The notes: generated from the letters alone by a model not told the origin. A DNA stretch of 64,000 bases from Patescibacteria group bacterium (GCA_038063755.1 JBBTUL010000013.1:12876-76875); one strand, 5' to 3'. Counted from the stretch's first letter, positions 37,004 to 45,954 are shown. Program-made: numbers and translations.

Positions 37004-37026
37004 GCGAGCAAAAGATTTCTTTCGAA

Positions 37027-37057
37027 AACCCCGATGTATGATCGGGGTTTTGGTTTA
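37027..37057. terminator. bidirectional rho-independent terminator
   Basis: AACCCCGAT-gtatg-ATCGGGGTT followed by a TTTTGGTTT run. Confidence 0.55.
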
Positions 37058-37453
37058 GTGCCTTCCTTGATTTGAAGATGGAACGAGCAGGCGTACGCGA
37101 TCTAGGAACTCATCTTTCGTGATGCTTTTGTGGATGTATTGAGAAATACCGATTTCTCCAAGCGCCCGTTCCGCTTCTTGCGTAAGATCTGCGCTTGTAA
37201 GAATGGCGACAGGGATCCGCTTGGTTGATTCGTCGTTTCTGAGGCGCGCTGCAAGATCAAGACCGTTTATATCTGGCAAGTTGATATCGAGCAATATGCA
37301 GGAAGGAGAAAACTTTCTTGCGAACTCCCAGCCTTCATATCCATTATGGGCATATATCACCTCGAAACCATCTTCGGCGAGGTATGCTCCAAAGAGTCTC
37401 CGCATGAGAGAGTCATCGTCAACGAGGAGTATATGAGGCCGTTCAGTTTCCAT
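37055..37453 (-). CDS. stand-alone response-regulator receiver (CheY-like)
   Basis: ILLVDDDSLMRRL..ILLDINLPDINGLDL..PVAILTS. No output domain. Confidence 0.8.
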   Translation of the reverse strand: METERPHILLVDDDSLMRRLFGAYLAEDGFEVIYAHNGYEGWEFARKFSPSCILLDINLPDINGLDLAARLRNDESTKRIPVAILTSADLTQEAERALGEIGISQYIHKSITKDEFLDRVRLLVPSSNQGRH

Positions 37454-37580
37454 TTGAAATATTATACCACAAGCCCCTAATTGCCGTGATAAAGAGAGAA
37501 TGAAGAAATGATAAAACTTTTCTAAGGCATTTGTTGCGCTTCGCCAGGAATGGAGTATATAGTTAATGTACTGAAATTGA

Positions 37581-38255
37581 ATGAGAATCTTGCTTGTTGA
37601 GGACGAAAAGGAGATCAGGGACTTCCTTAAACCGAGTCTGGAGGCGGAGTTTTTTAGTGTTGATGTCGCCGATGACGGGGAGAAGGGTTCTTTCGCGGCG
37701 CGGACTACCGACTACGACCTGATTGTTCTCGACAATATTCTTCCGAAAAAAAATGGGATGCAGGTTTGTCAAGATGTTCGAAAAAATGGGAAGGCAGTTC
37801 CCATCATCATGCTTTCGGTGAAGTCAGACACTGCTACGAAGATTGAGCTTTTGAACGCCGGTGCCGATGACTACTTGAGTAAGCCGTTTTCCTTTGAAGA
37901 GCTTCTTGCGAGGATTAGGGCGCTTATGCGGCGGCCAAAGGAAATCGCAAGCGAGATATTAGTGATCGACAACCTCACCGTTAACACCAAAAACTGCTCG
38001 GTGATGCGTGGAAAGAGAGATATTTATCTTACGAGAAAAGAGTTCATGCTTCTTGAGTATCTCTTGCGAAACAAGGGGAATGTTCTTTCTCGAGGAATGA
38101 TCTTGGAGCACGTTTGGGACATGGATGCAGATCCTTTCTCGAATACAATAGAGTCTCACATTTTGAGCTTGAGAAGAAAGGTTGATACAAAAGAAGACCG
38201 GAAGCTAATTTATACGATTTCGGGCAGGGGATATAAGATCGATATTAAAAAGTAG
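37581..38255 (+). CDS. OmpR-family response regulator
   Basis: Receiver domain (MRILLVEDEKEIR, ..LDNILPKKNGM..) and a winged-helix C-terminus (..YTISGRGYKI). Confidence 0.85.
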   Translation: MRILLVEDEKEIRDFLKPSLEAEFFSVDVADDGEKGSFAARTTDYDLIVLDNILPKKNGMQVCQDVRKNGKAVPIIMLSVKSDTATKIELLNAGADDYLSKPFSFEELLARIRALMRRPKEIASEILVIDNLTVNTKNCSVMRGKRDIYLTRKEFMLLEYLLRNKGNVLSRGMILEHVWDMDADPFSNTIESHILSLRRKVDTKEDRKLIYTISGRGYKIDIKK

Positions 38256-38289
38256 CTTCTTCCGGTGTCTCTGATGCTATAATTCCGAC

Positions 38290-40494
38290 GTGGAGCTGCT
38301 CCGATTACATACTATGCTTGACGCCTTGGTTTGGGTTGTGGTTTTTGTTAATATCGCCGTCGCCATTCTCGTGGTTTCGAAAAACAGGAAGTTAGCTCCG
38401 AACCGATACTTCGCCGCATTCGTTGTTTTTCTGAATTTATGGATGATAGCGAACTTCTTCGAGAACGAAGCCGATTTTCTTGGGGGGATTCTTTTGGAGT
38501 TTTTCTTAAGAATGGACTTTGTTTTTGCAATTTGTATCGTTTGCGCCTGGTTCCTTTTTTGTGATTCATTCTGCGGCGCAGGGAGGCCTCATCTTTCCTC
38601 CCGCCTTAAGGGCGCAGTGGTTCTCTCGACGATTCTTATCGGCCTTATTGCATATGCGACTGAGGCTATTGTAGGAGATGTTTGGTTTGAGGGAGAAGTT
38701 ATTCATTTCGTAAACGGTTTTTTCCTTCCGGTCTACGGAATATATATTGTTTACCTTGCCGGAGGAGGCTTGTTTTTGCTTGTGCGCGAGCGTGCGAGTA
38801 CCCGACGGTTGAGACTGTTCCGGCGAGCCGGACAAGTCGATCTTATGCTCATCGGGTTTTTTATCTCAATCGGAACGGCAATCTTCATAAATCTTTTTCT
38901 ACAGCCGGTATACGGAGTGAGCCTAGAGATTTCGCGGATCGGACTTTACGGGATGTCGGCACTAGCTATTTTCACAGGTTATGCCATCGTTCGCCATAGA
39001 CTGTTCGACATCAAGATTATTATCCAGCGCGGAGTTATATTCCTTATATTTCTGGCCGTTTTTACCGCGATTTATTTTTCCCTCGCATCGCTTTTTGGAT
39101 ATTTATTTCATCGCGTTACCAACGCAACCATATTTGCGAGTGCCGGAATCACAGCGATAATCGGCATTTTTGGATTCGGTCCGGGCGAGCGATTTTTTCG
39201 GAAAACAACCGACAGATTTTTCTTTAAGGATGCCTACGACTATGCGGCGGTCTTGCGCGAGCTGAGTGAGGCTCTCGGGAACACCATCGAACCGAAAAAA
39301 CTATTCGAGACAGTCTCGGCTATGTTAATTCGATTTCTCCGCGTTGATTCGGTGAGGTTTATCGGCTTTTCGTATCTCGTACCCGGCGGCTCTTTTGGAT
39401 CGGTTATAAGAGGACTTGAACCGCATCTTCTCGAGTCTGTTATGAGCTTGGTTCGTAAGCCCATTCTTTATGAGGAGCTGAACGGTGTTACGCGCGAAGG
39501 GGCACCGTTTTCAACGCGCCAGGTGGCGGTGCTTGAGCTTCTTGAGAAGACCAACGAGGGAGACGAGATCGGTATTCTTGTTCCAGTTTCGCTAAAAAAG
39601 AAGGCGCTCGGCATTATGATTCTCGGGAAGAAGAAATCCGGAGATCCATATCGCGATGAAGATATCGAGCTTTTACGAACGCTTGCACATCAGGTTGCAA
39701 TTGCAATCTCTAAGGCAGAGCTCTACGGAAAGGTAAAAGAGTATTCGAAGGAGCTTGAAAAGCGAGTCCTCGAACGAACCAATGAGATACGGGAACTTCA
39801 AGAGGAGCAACGGCAAATCATGATTGACTTGTCGCATGGACTTCAGACGCCCCTTACGGTTGCTAAGGGAGAGCTTGAATTTTTAAAAAAAACAATTCCC
39901 GGAAACAAGAAGCTAGAAGCTTTCGAGCGTTCTGTCGACGAGGTTTCGAAGTTCGTTTACGATCTCCTTCGTTTTTCAAGCCTGGAAGCCCACGCATCTT
40001 TTCGTAGCGATGAGGTCCGCTTGAGCGAGCTCTTAGATGAGGTCATTGAATATTTTAGAATCATCGCGGAAGAGCAAGACGTTAAAGTCGTTGTCGATGT
40101 CGAGCCTGGAATCGTCGTTAAGGGAGACAAGCGGCGACTTGAGGAAATGATTACTGCACTTGTCGGGAACGCGGTGAAGTATATGAAGAGCGGAAAGGGG
40201 CGCAAAATTGAAATCAAACTTTCCAGGAGGAAAAGAGTCGCAGAGTTTTCGGTTTCGGACACGGGAGTTGGTATTTCGAATGAAGACTTAAAAAAGATTT
40301 TTACTCGCTTTTATCGCGCAAGACAAGGAAGCACGAATGGAGTGAAGGGGGTTGGTTTGGGTCTTGCGATCGCGAAAAGGATTGCCGAGCGGCATCACGG
40401 GACGATTCACGCAGAAAGTGCGGTTGGCAAGGGAAGTGTTTTTACCGTCAAGATTCCGTGTTTCTTGAAATCACGAGAGAACAACAAGAATTGA
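38290..40494 (+). CDS. sensor histidine kinase with a multi-TM N-terminal sensor
   Basis: About 7 TM helices, a central GAF-like region, the HisKA phosphoacceptor site LSHGLQTPL, and HATPase_c motifs (GVGLGLAIAKRI). Confidence 0.85.
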   Translation: MELLRLHTMLDALVWVVVFVNIAVAILVVSKNRKLAPNRYFAAFVVFLNLWMIANFFENEADFLGGILLEFFLRMDFVFAICIVCAWFLFCDSFCGAGRPHLSSRLKGAVVLSTILIGLIAYATEAIVGDVWFEGEVIHFVNGFFLPVYGIYIVYLAGGGLFLLVRERASTRRLRLFRRAGQVDLMLIGFFISIGTAIFINLFLQPVYGVSLEISRIGLYGMSALAIFTGYAIVRHRLFDIKIIIQRGVIFLIFLAVFTAIYFSLASLFGYLFHRVTNATIFASAGITAIIGIFGFGPGERFFRKTTDRFFFKDAYDYAAVLRELSEALGNTIEPKKLFETVSAMLIRFLRVDSVRFIGFSYLVPGGSFGSVIRGLEPHLLESVMSLVRKPILYEELNGVTREGAPFSTRQVAVLELLEKTNEGDEIGILVPVSLKKKALGIMILGKKKSGDPYRDEDIELLRTLAHQVAIAISKAELYGKVKEYSKELEKRVLERTNEIRELQEEQRQIMIDLSHGLQTPLTVAKGELEFLKKTIPGNKKLEAFERSVDEVSKFVYDLLRFSSLEAHASFRSDEVRLSELLDEVIEYFRIIAEEQDVKVVVDVEPGIVVKGDKRRLEEMITALVGNAVKYMKSGKGRKIEIKLSRRKRVAEFSVSDTGVGISNEDLKKIFTRFYRARQGSTNGVKGVGLGLAIAKRIAERHHGTIHAESAVGKGSVFTVKIPCFLKSRENNKN

Positions 40495-41346
40495 TCCGGC
40501 GACCACAATACTCGCTGCTATCGTTTTTCGAACAAGATGGGATTCGTGAAATAATTCCCCTCCGATAATGGTTGTAAAAAGACCAGAAAGCCTTTTTATT
40601 GCACTTGCGATTCCGAGATACGCAACGCGCACTGTTTCTGCATATGCGATGCGTTGAGTGACGGTGATGAGGGCAAGGGGGATGATAAGCCATCCTACGT
40701 CTTTAAACTCTTGAACGACAGATCGTATTCCTCCTCCGAAAATATGCGTTGCAACGAAGAAATTCGCTGCAATAAAAAGATGGACAATGGCGATATATTC
40801 AAAAGGCAGAAGAGAATACCTCGACAAGATCATACGATCAAGGAGGGAGCTTATTCCATACAGCGAAAGCGAGATGGCGATATAGCGAGCATACTTTGAA
40901 GCAAAGAGTTTTCGGAACGGATCAAAGAGTTTTTGATGCCGTTCTGTCTCAAGGACGTACGTACCGCAGATTGCAAGTACCAAGCCTCCGATTTGTGCGA
41001 GCGAGAGCCGTTCTCCGAGGAAGAAGAAAGCGAGGACGGCGCTGAGTCCTGCCCCGCCGCTAAGAAGCGGGGATGCGGCGCTAAGTTCCATATGGCGAAT
41101 GCTCCGCGCGGTTAAAAGAAAGGCGATTGATGCAATGAGGGAGACGAGATAGACGAGGGCTAATGATTGGAAGGTGAGGTGAGTTCGGTCGATGAAAAGA
41201 AAAAGAGGCAGAGAAAGAAGGAGATTCACAAGCGCGAGCGAGGACGAGAGCTCCATCGAATGACTTCTATTTAAAACCTTTTTTTCAATGACGATTCCGA
41301 TCGAAGAAAGAAGCGCCGAAGTAAGTCCGAAAATAATCAGGTTCAT
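40471..41346 (-). CDS. EamA/DMT-superfamily membrane transporter
   Basis: About 10 TM helices in two similar halves. Convergent 24-nt overlap with the kinase gene. Confidence 0.5.
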   Translation of the reverse strand: MNLIIFGLTSALLSSIGIVIEKKVLNRSHSMELSSSLALVNLLLSLPLFLFIDRTHLTFQSLALVYLVSLIASIAFLLTARSIRHMELSAASPLLSGGAGLSAVLAFFFLGERLSLAQIGGLVLAICGTYVLETERHQKLFDPFRKLFASKYARYIAISLSLYGISSLLDRMILSRYSLLPFEYIAIVHLFIAANFFVATHIFGGGIRSVVQEFKDVGWLIIPLALITVTQRIAYAETVRVAYLGIASAIKRLSGLFTTIIGGELFHESHLVRKTIAASIVVAGSILVVLS

Positions 41347-41372
41347 AATATATACAGTGGTTTAGAAACTAA

Positions 41373-41397
41373 AAATCCTCGATACGCGAGGATTTTT
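41373..41397. terminator. bidirectional rho-independent terminator
   Basis: AAATCCTCG-atacg-CGAGGATTT flanked by an A-run and a T-run. Confidence 0.5.
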
Positions 41398-41419
41398 AAT
41401 TCTACCATGCGCTGGCTTG

Positions 41420-41824
41420 CTACATTGAAGCTGGCTTTGGTCTGAACCATTCTCTCAAAGAAGTAGGCCATCCGGAGAGTAGAAGAAGCGCGAGCGGAGC
41501 TCCCCAGTTCGCCCAGCGTTCCACAAAGTCCCAAATAGGCTGTCCGACCAGCGGCCGTACCAATGCAGTCCAGAATCCCCAAAACGCCGCCCAGAGAAGG
41601 ACCGCAGGAATCGGTCTTACAACAAGGACAAGAAGCGCTACGAGGATGTCGAGTATTCCAACGGCGAAGATGAATTTTGCCGCGAAAATATCGCTGGTAC
41701 CTGCAATCTTCACTACCCAAGCAATCCAATCCTTTTTCCCTTGAAGGGCGAACATCCCATGGCCCAAAAACTCTCCCGCAACAGCGATCCTTAGAACCCA
41801 TCCCAACAGTTTCTGATTGTTCAT
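41420..41824 (-). CDS. DoxX-family membrane protein
   Basis: 134 aa, 3-4 TM helices, with the DoxX-like N-terminus ..LLGWVLRIAVAGEFLGHG.. Confidence 0.5.
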   Translation of the reverse strand: MNNQKLLGWVLRIAVAGEFLGHGMFALQGKKDWIAWVVKIAGTSDIFAAKFIFAVGILDILVALLVLVVRPIPAVLLWAAFWGFWTALVRPLVGQPIWDFVERWANWGAPLALLLLSGWPTSLREWFRPKPASM

Positions 41825-41864
41825 TTTTTCTTCAAATTACGACCTTTGTTCGAAAAAATTTCTT

Positions 41865-42242
41865 TTATTGCTGGGGGAGCGGACAGCCTGTTTCATCTGA
41901 TAGCCGCTGGACCCCCTGTTCGCCGACCAGGCGTCTGTTTTCGGAAAGAATCCACGTTGGGTATGATTCGATTTTCTTTTCAATACAGACGGCTGGATTT
42001 TCGGGACACTCCACGTACGGAACGAGCCGGAACGAAGTCCCAAAAGCTTTTTTTTCGTTTTGGCAGTGCGGACACCAAGCCGCGCCATACATAGTCACCC
42101 CCTTATCTCGAAGACATGATGCAAAAACGTCGAGGGCTCCGGGTGCGGTGTTGTTTCTGCCAGCCCAGTATATGAGACCTCCGAATATAGCAACGAGGCC
42201 AACTACGAAAACAACGATATGAAGAGAAGATTTTTTATACAT
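41865..42242 (-). CDS. membrane-anchored extracytoplasmic thioredoxin-fold protein (CPHC active site)
   Basis: N-terminal TM, then YGAAWCPHCQNEKKAFG ... YPTW, a Trx/DsbA-like CxxC motif. Confidence 0.7.
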   Translation of the reverse strand: MYKKSSLHIVVFVVGLVAIFGGLIYWAGRNNTAPGALDVFASCLRDKGVTMYGAAWCPHCQNEKKAFGTSFRLVPYVECPENPAVCIEKKIESYPTWILSENRRLVGEQGVQRLSDETGCPLPQQ

Positions 42243-42244
42243 GG

Positions 42245-42745
42245 TTAGCAGCAGTCATCAAGCATTTTTTCGACTTTTTTCCTTTGTTCTTCATTTGTCG
42301 CTGGTGTGTCGATGAGGGCGGTTTTTTTTGAAAAGAAATCCAAGAAAACAAAAGCGATCGTGACAAGAATAAATATGACAAGCACACCAAAGAGCCAAAG
42401 CTCAGAGACGAGCGCATATGCAGCCACGAACCCGGTTGGAATAAAAAGCATTTTCCAGAGGAGGGAGGATTTTTTTTGGGCAAGCATTTTATCTCCTTGA
42501 TACGCAATGCCCACAGCGCTTCCACCAAGCAAAGCGGCAATTACTATCGGATCAACAGCAAAGCCGTATGCCCTGAGAGTAAGCAGAACAATCCATGTTC
42601 CTGCGGTTCCGACGCAGATTGCGCAAATGCGAAAAGGAAAAACCTTGAGCTGATCGAGTGACCAGGCGATTCCTCCGAGGCAGAAGATTGAGATAAAGGC
42701 AAAAACAATGGTCATGTCTTCATTATAATGCAAGGATAAAGACAC
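42245..42745 (-). CDS. hypothetical polytopic membrane protein with a membrane-interface CxxC (CAIC) and C-terminal vicinal CC
   Basis: 166 aa. TM1, short loop, RICAICVG, TM2, then 2-3 more TM helices, and the protein ends ..MLDDCC. Confidence 0.45.
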   Translation of the reverse strand: MSLSLHYNEDMTIVFAFISIFCLGGIAWSLDQLKVFPFRICAICVGTAGTWIVLLTLRAYGFAVDPIVIAALLGGSAVGIAYQGDKMLAQKKSSLLWKMLFIPTGFVAAYALVSELWLFGVLVIFILVTIAFVFLDFFSKKTALIDTPATNEEQRKKVEKMLDDCC

Positions 42746-43508
42746 CCAAAACTATCATTGCAAGTCCTCCGACAAGGCGCATCGGCCCCTTTTCTTCCTT
42801 CTGCCATGCGCGGACTTTTTCGACGAGGAGGGGATTGCTTGCAATGGCAAGTATGATTCCGAGAGGCAAGACAAAGAGAAGGTTGTAGAACAGAAGATAG
42901 CCGAGTCCTTGAAGGTATGTCCCTTGGTCATGGAGGAGTCCTAATATCAACAAATATGGGCCCCCCGTGCAGGGGAACTCAGTTAATGCGACGAAGATTC
43001 CGAGGATGAAAGCAGAGAGCATCGATCCTCGCTCAATAAAAACCGACATGGTTCGGTGAGCGCTTTCGGGGATTTTGAGGCGGATTGGAAAGGTGGGGAA
43101 AATATCTCCGAGAACATTAATGCCGCCGAGGACAATAAGAAGAATTGCGGCAGCCTTCCCAACAAAGTTCGGTATGCCGAAGAACTGGAGGGTCTCAAGA
43201 ATCCCAAGGCCGATCAGTATGTAGGTGAGGAAAATTCCAAGGATATAAATCGCGCCGATTTGAAGTACGTTTTTTCGAGTCTTGCCGATTTGGAAAAGAA
43301 ATACGATCGTGAGAATCAGAACCGAGAACGCGCAAGGATTTATGCTGTCCAAGAGCGCCGCTATTCCGACGAGCGGAAGAAGCCATCCGGCACCTCCGTT
43401 CATGCGAGAGGATATGTATGAAGAAAAAAAGTTCGACGAGAAGAGAATGGCGAAGATTGCTATAACGCACACAATAATTGAAATAAGCGCGAATCGATGA
43501 TTTTTCAT
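42723..43508 (-). CDS. ccdA: CcdA/DsbD-family transmembrane thiol-disulfide electron transporter
   Basis: The two conserved Cys motifs DSINPCAF and TEFPCTGGPY sit in opposing TM helices, about 6 TM in all. Confidence 0.75.
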   Translation of the reverse strand: MKNHRFALISIIVCVIAIFAILFSSNFFSSYISSRMNGGAGWLLPLVGIAALLDSINPCAFSVLILTIVFLFQIGKTRKNVLQIGAIYILGIFLTYILIGLGILETLQFFGIPNFVGKAAAILLIVLGGINVLGDIFPTFPIRLKIPESAHRTMSVFIERGSMLSAFILGIFVALTEFPCTGGPYLLILGLLHDQGTYLQGLGYLLFYNLLFVLPLGIILAIASNPLLVEKVRAWQKEEKGPMRLVGGLAMIVLGVFILAL

Positions 43509-43600
43509 GAATGTCTGATCATTCTAGCACGAAAGAGGTGGCCGCAAAATGCAACATCCTAGAAATCCAGATGAAATATAATAAGTATGCACGTTATAAA

Positions 43601-44179
43601 ATGCCTATGAGCGAAAAAACCATCCTTGACAGCGATCTTGATAACAATGAGGCGCTTAGCGACAACCCATCTTTTGGCTGTCCGTTCGGGATTAAAAAGT
43701 TCCTTGTGGTCGTTCCCGTCACTTATCGCGGATCAGACGAAAGACTTCATTGCGGTCAGATCGTTGTGCATCAAGACCTTGTTCGTGACATTAGATTATT
43801 TTTCGAGGCGGCGAAGGCGAAGGCGTTCCCGATTCATTCGGTGATACCGATTTCGCATCCGCGCTTTTCTTGGGACGATTATCGCTCAATGGAAGTAAAC
43901 AATACTTCAGGATTCAACTATCGCCCCAAGACAGGCAAGCCAGATGAATTTTCCTCGCACGCACTCGGGCGCGCGATAGACATAAATCCGCTTCAAAATC
44001 CGCACATAAAGAACGGGGCCATTTTGCCGCATGGTGCGACATATGACTCGAAGGTGTCGGGAACTATTACCAGAGATTCATTTATAGTCGAATTTTTCGA
44101 GAGCCACGGATGGACGTGGGGTGGTCGCTGGGAATCCCTCAAGGACTACCAGCATTTCGAGAAACCAGAAATAGAATGA
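43601..44179 (+). CDS. LAS/M15-family metallopeptidase (VanY / L-Ala-D-Glu peptidase-like)
   Basis: H-x6-D motif SSHALGRAIDI plus an upstream His. The start is ambiguous between 43511, 43571 and 43601. 43601 was chosen because a TATAAT at 43577-43582 lies inside the longer ORF. Confidence 0.55.
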   Translation: MPMSEKTILDSDLDNNEALSDNPSFGCPFGIKKFLVVVPVTYRGSDERLHCGQIVVHQDLVRDIRLFFEAAKAKAFPIHSVIPISHPRFSWDDYRSMEVNNTSGFNYRPKTGKPDEFSSHALGRAIDINPLQNPHIKNGAILPHGATYDSKVSGTITRDSFIVEFFESHGWTWGGRWESLKDYQHFEKPEIE

Positions 44180-44352
44180 GCGCCGGAGGGGCGCTCGTTA
44201 TTCGTGAATACTCTGTCGATAGCCTTTCCCGCCTCCCGGACCGTGAGGAGCACGGTTTGTTTGGCGAACCAGATTGCACCAAGAGCAATGATTGGTGAGG
44301 CAAGGATCGCGATCGCTCCTACGACAACAATGGTTCTGCCGGTTTGACACAT
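44146..44352 (-). CDS. possible small single-TM protein
   Basis: 68 aa. GAGGTG RBS 6 nt upstream. TM helix TIVVVGAIAILASPIIALGAIWF. Confidence 0.2.
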   Translation of the reverse strand: MCQTGRTIVVVGAIAILASPIIALGAIWFAKQTVLLTVREAGKAIDRVFTNNERPSGAHSISGFSKCW

Positions 44353-44433
44353 GGCAACACCTCGCGAAGGTAGGCAACTCTTTATTTACGCTACGCCGTA
44401 ACCGAAGCGTTCGCAAGCGGAAAGTTTCATGAA

Positions 44434-44456
44434 AAGACCCCCGGGGTGGGGGTCTT
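44434..44456 (-). terminator. rho-independent terminator after the MFS gene
   Basis: AAGACCCCC-ggggt-GGGGGTCTT, followed on the minus strand by TTTCATG. Confidence 0.45.
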
Positions 44457-45645
44457 ATGTTTGGTTTCCGGTGCGACGGGAGAGAACAAGCGTCCCGAGT
44501 ACGAGCGCCGATCCGGAGAATACCCAGGCAGCGGCAAAGGACACCTTCCACGCAATGAACCCACCCACCAGAAGTCCCAACGCGCCACCAATGTGGTGTG
44601 CGATGGAGTTCATCGAGAGGATGGTTGCGCGCTCTCGTGACGGAATGTGTTGATTCAGGTAAGCGCTTTTGAGCGGATCGTTGATGCCCCGGAAGACTTC
44701 GTGGACGAGGAAAATGACAATCATCCACGCGAGATTGTTCCAGAGGACGGTGAGAATAATCCCGACCCCTGCGCCGACCTGGGAAAGGACGATGGCTCTC
44801 TTGTCGCCTCCGACCCTTGCAAGAAAGGGGATTGCAACGAGCGCTCCAGCAATGATCGCAAGGGTCATGAGGGAGCGGAGAAATCCGAGGCCGATTGTTC
44901 CAGAGAACGCTTTTTCGAAGAGTGGTTGCCATTGCATATTCGGCGCCTGGAATGCGAAGACCTGACTTGCTCCGATGCCGAAGACGAAACGCACTACAGC
45001 ATTTTTCTTAAAGAAAGAAAATGCGCCGGAAGAAGTGGAGCATATCAATCGCAAGTGTTCCCTAGGAGAGGAAGATTCGCGTACAAAATAATCTTCCTTC
45101 ATCCACAGGAGCGCGAGTACGCCGACAATTCCCAAGATTATCGACGAGACAAGCCACGGTAGCGCAAGGTCAAGCGAGCCCAGGAATCCCCCCGCGAGCG
45201 CGCCGACCATCATAATCGACTTGGAAATTTGTTGCTCTCGTGCAAATACCCGACCCATCCCCCCGACATGTCCGTGATACTTGATTTGGTCAACCATCCA
45301 TGCCTGAAACGCGCCGCTCATAAGTGTTATTCCGATCGCCCCCACAATCTCGGCGACGACGAATCCAGTAAACGATGTCGCCCGAAAGTAGAGAAACATG
45401 GAAAACGAATGGACGAAACACGATCCCACGAACGAAAGCTTCCTCCCGAAAACGTCGGCGACGACTCCTGTCGGTATCTCAAAGAGCGTAAGCGTGACGT
45501 AAAAAAACGCATTCACGACTTGAGCTTCAAAGATGGTTAGACCGTGCGACAGCAGGAATATCACGTACGTTGCTCCGATAAACGATGTCGCGAGGGCATA
45601 AAGCCCGGAAAGCGCGAAGTAGCATCTTGCGGTGCGCTCGACCAC
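44455..45645 (-). CDS. MFS transporter
   Basis: 12 TM helices with the MFS signature D..GRK (ADVFGRKLSF). GTG start with a GAAAGGAGG RBS 5 nt upstream. Confidence 0.8.
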   Translation of the reverse strand: MVERTARCYFALSGLYALATSFIGATYVIFLLSHGLTIFEAQVVNAFFYVTLTLFEIPTGVVADVFGRKLSFVGSCFVHSFSMFLYFRATSFTGFVVAEIVGAIGITLMSGAFQAWMVDQIKYHGHVGGMGRVFAREQQISKSIMMVGALAGGFLGSLDLALPWLVSSIILGIVGVLALLWMKEDYFVRESSSPREHLRLICSTSSGAFSFFKKNAVVRFVFGIGASQVFAFQAPNMQWQPLFEKAFSGTIGLGFLRSLMTLAIIAGALVAIPFLARVGGDKRAIVLSQVGAGVGIILTVLWNNLAWMIVIFLVHEVFRGINDPLKSAYLNQHIPSRERATILSMNSIAHHIGGALGLLVGGFIAWKVSFAAAWVFSGSALVLGTLVLSRRTGNQT

Positions 45646-45690
45646 GGATGCCTCCTTTCTTTTCGTGCGCGGTTGTCAAAGAACAAAAAA

Positions 45691-45711
45691 CCTCGGCTTA
45701 TGCAGCCGAGG
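45691..45711 (-). terminator. terminator-like hairpin plus T6 on the minus strand inside the MFS 5' leader; candidate attenuator
   Basis: CCTCGGCT-tatgc-AGCCGAGG, followed on the minus strand by TTTTTTGTTCTTTG, about 40 nt upstream of the MFS RBS. Confidence 0.5.
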
Positions 45712-45938
45712 CGGACATCATGTCGAGGGATTTCGTCTACCGAGGGGAACTGCGGGGAGACGATAGAACATCATGGCTGTCTTGGCTGCACAAGAGACGG
45801 AATACGCCCTGCTTCGGGGCGAAGCGGGAGACGAGAATGCGCATATTCATTTGTGTACAATACCAATGACTCATGCGGTTATCATCGAATCAAACTGGGC
45901 AACTTGTCAAGCATCCTTGCGTGGGTGCGGCGCGAGAT

Positions 45939-45947
45939 TGTTATAAT
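45939..45947 (+). promoter_or_regulatory. extended -10 promoter (TGtTATAAT) 7 nt upstream of the Nramp ATG
   Basis: TGTTATAAT at 45939-45947, ATG at 45955. Leaderless architecture. Confidence 0.4.
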
Positions 45948-45954
45948 CACAGGT

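Noticed and set aside
44198-44932. 244-aa minus-strand ORF overlapping the MFS transporter gene.
   Set aside because: It is extremely Arg/His/Pro-rich with a low-complexity translation. It lies antisense or out of frame to a well-supported MFS gene.
45758-45790. A 9-mer, GCAGCCAAG, plus a following CAG..ATGA on the minus strand resembles the conserved 3' side of bacterial SRP (4.5S) RNA domain IV.
   Set aside because: The matching 5' side (GGUCAGGUCC / GNRA tetraloop) is absent. The local fold is only a short TCTTG-tgcagc-CAAGA hairpin. Judged to be a chance match.
45544-45954. Long in-frame N-terminal extension of the Nramp ORF (start at 45544).
   Set aside because: The extension is Arg/Cys-rich and non-protein-like, and would run through the divergent MFS start region. 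An extended -10 sits right before the internal ATG at 45955.
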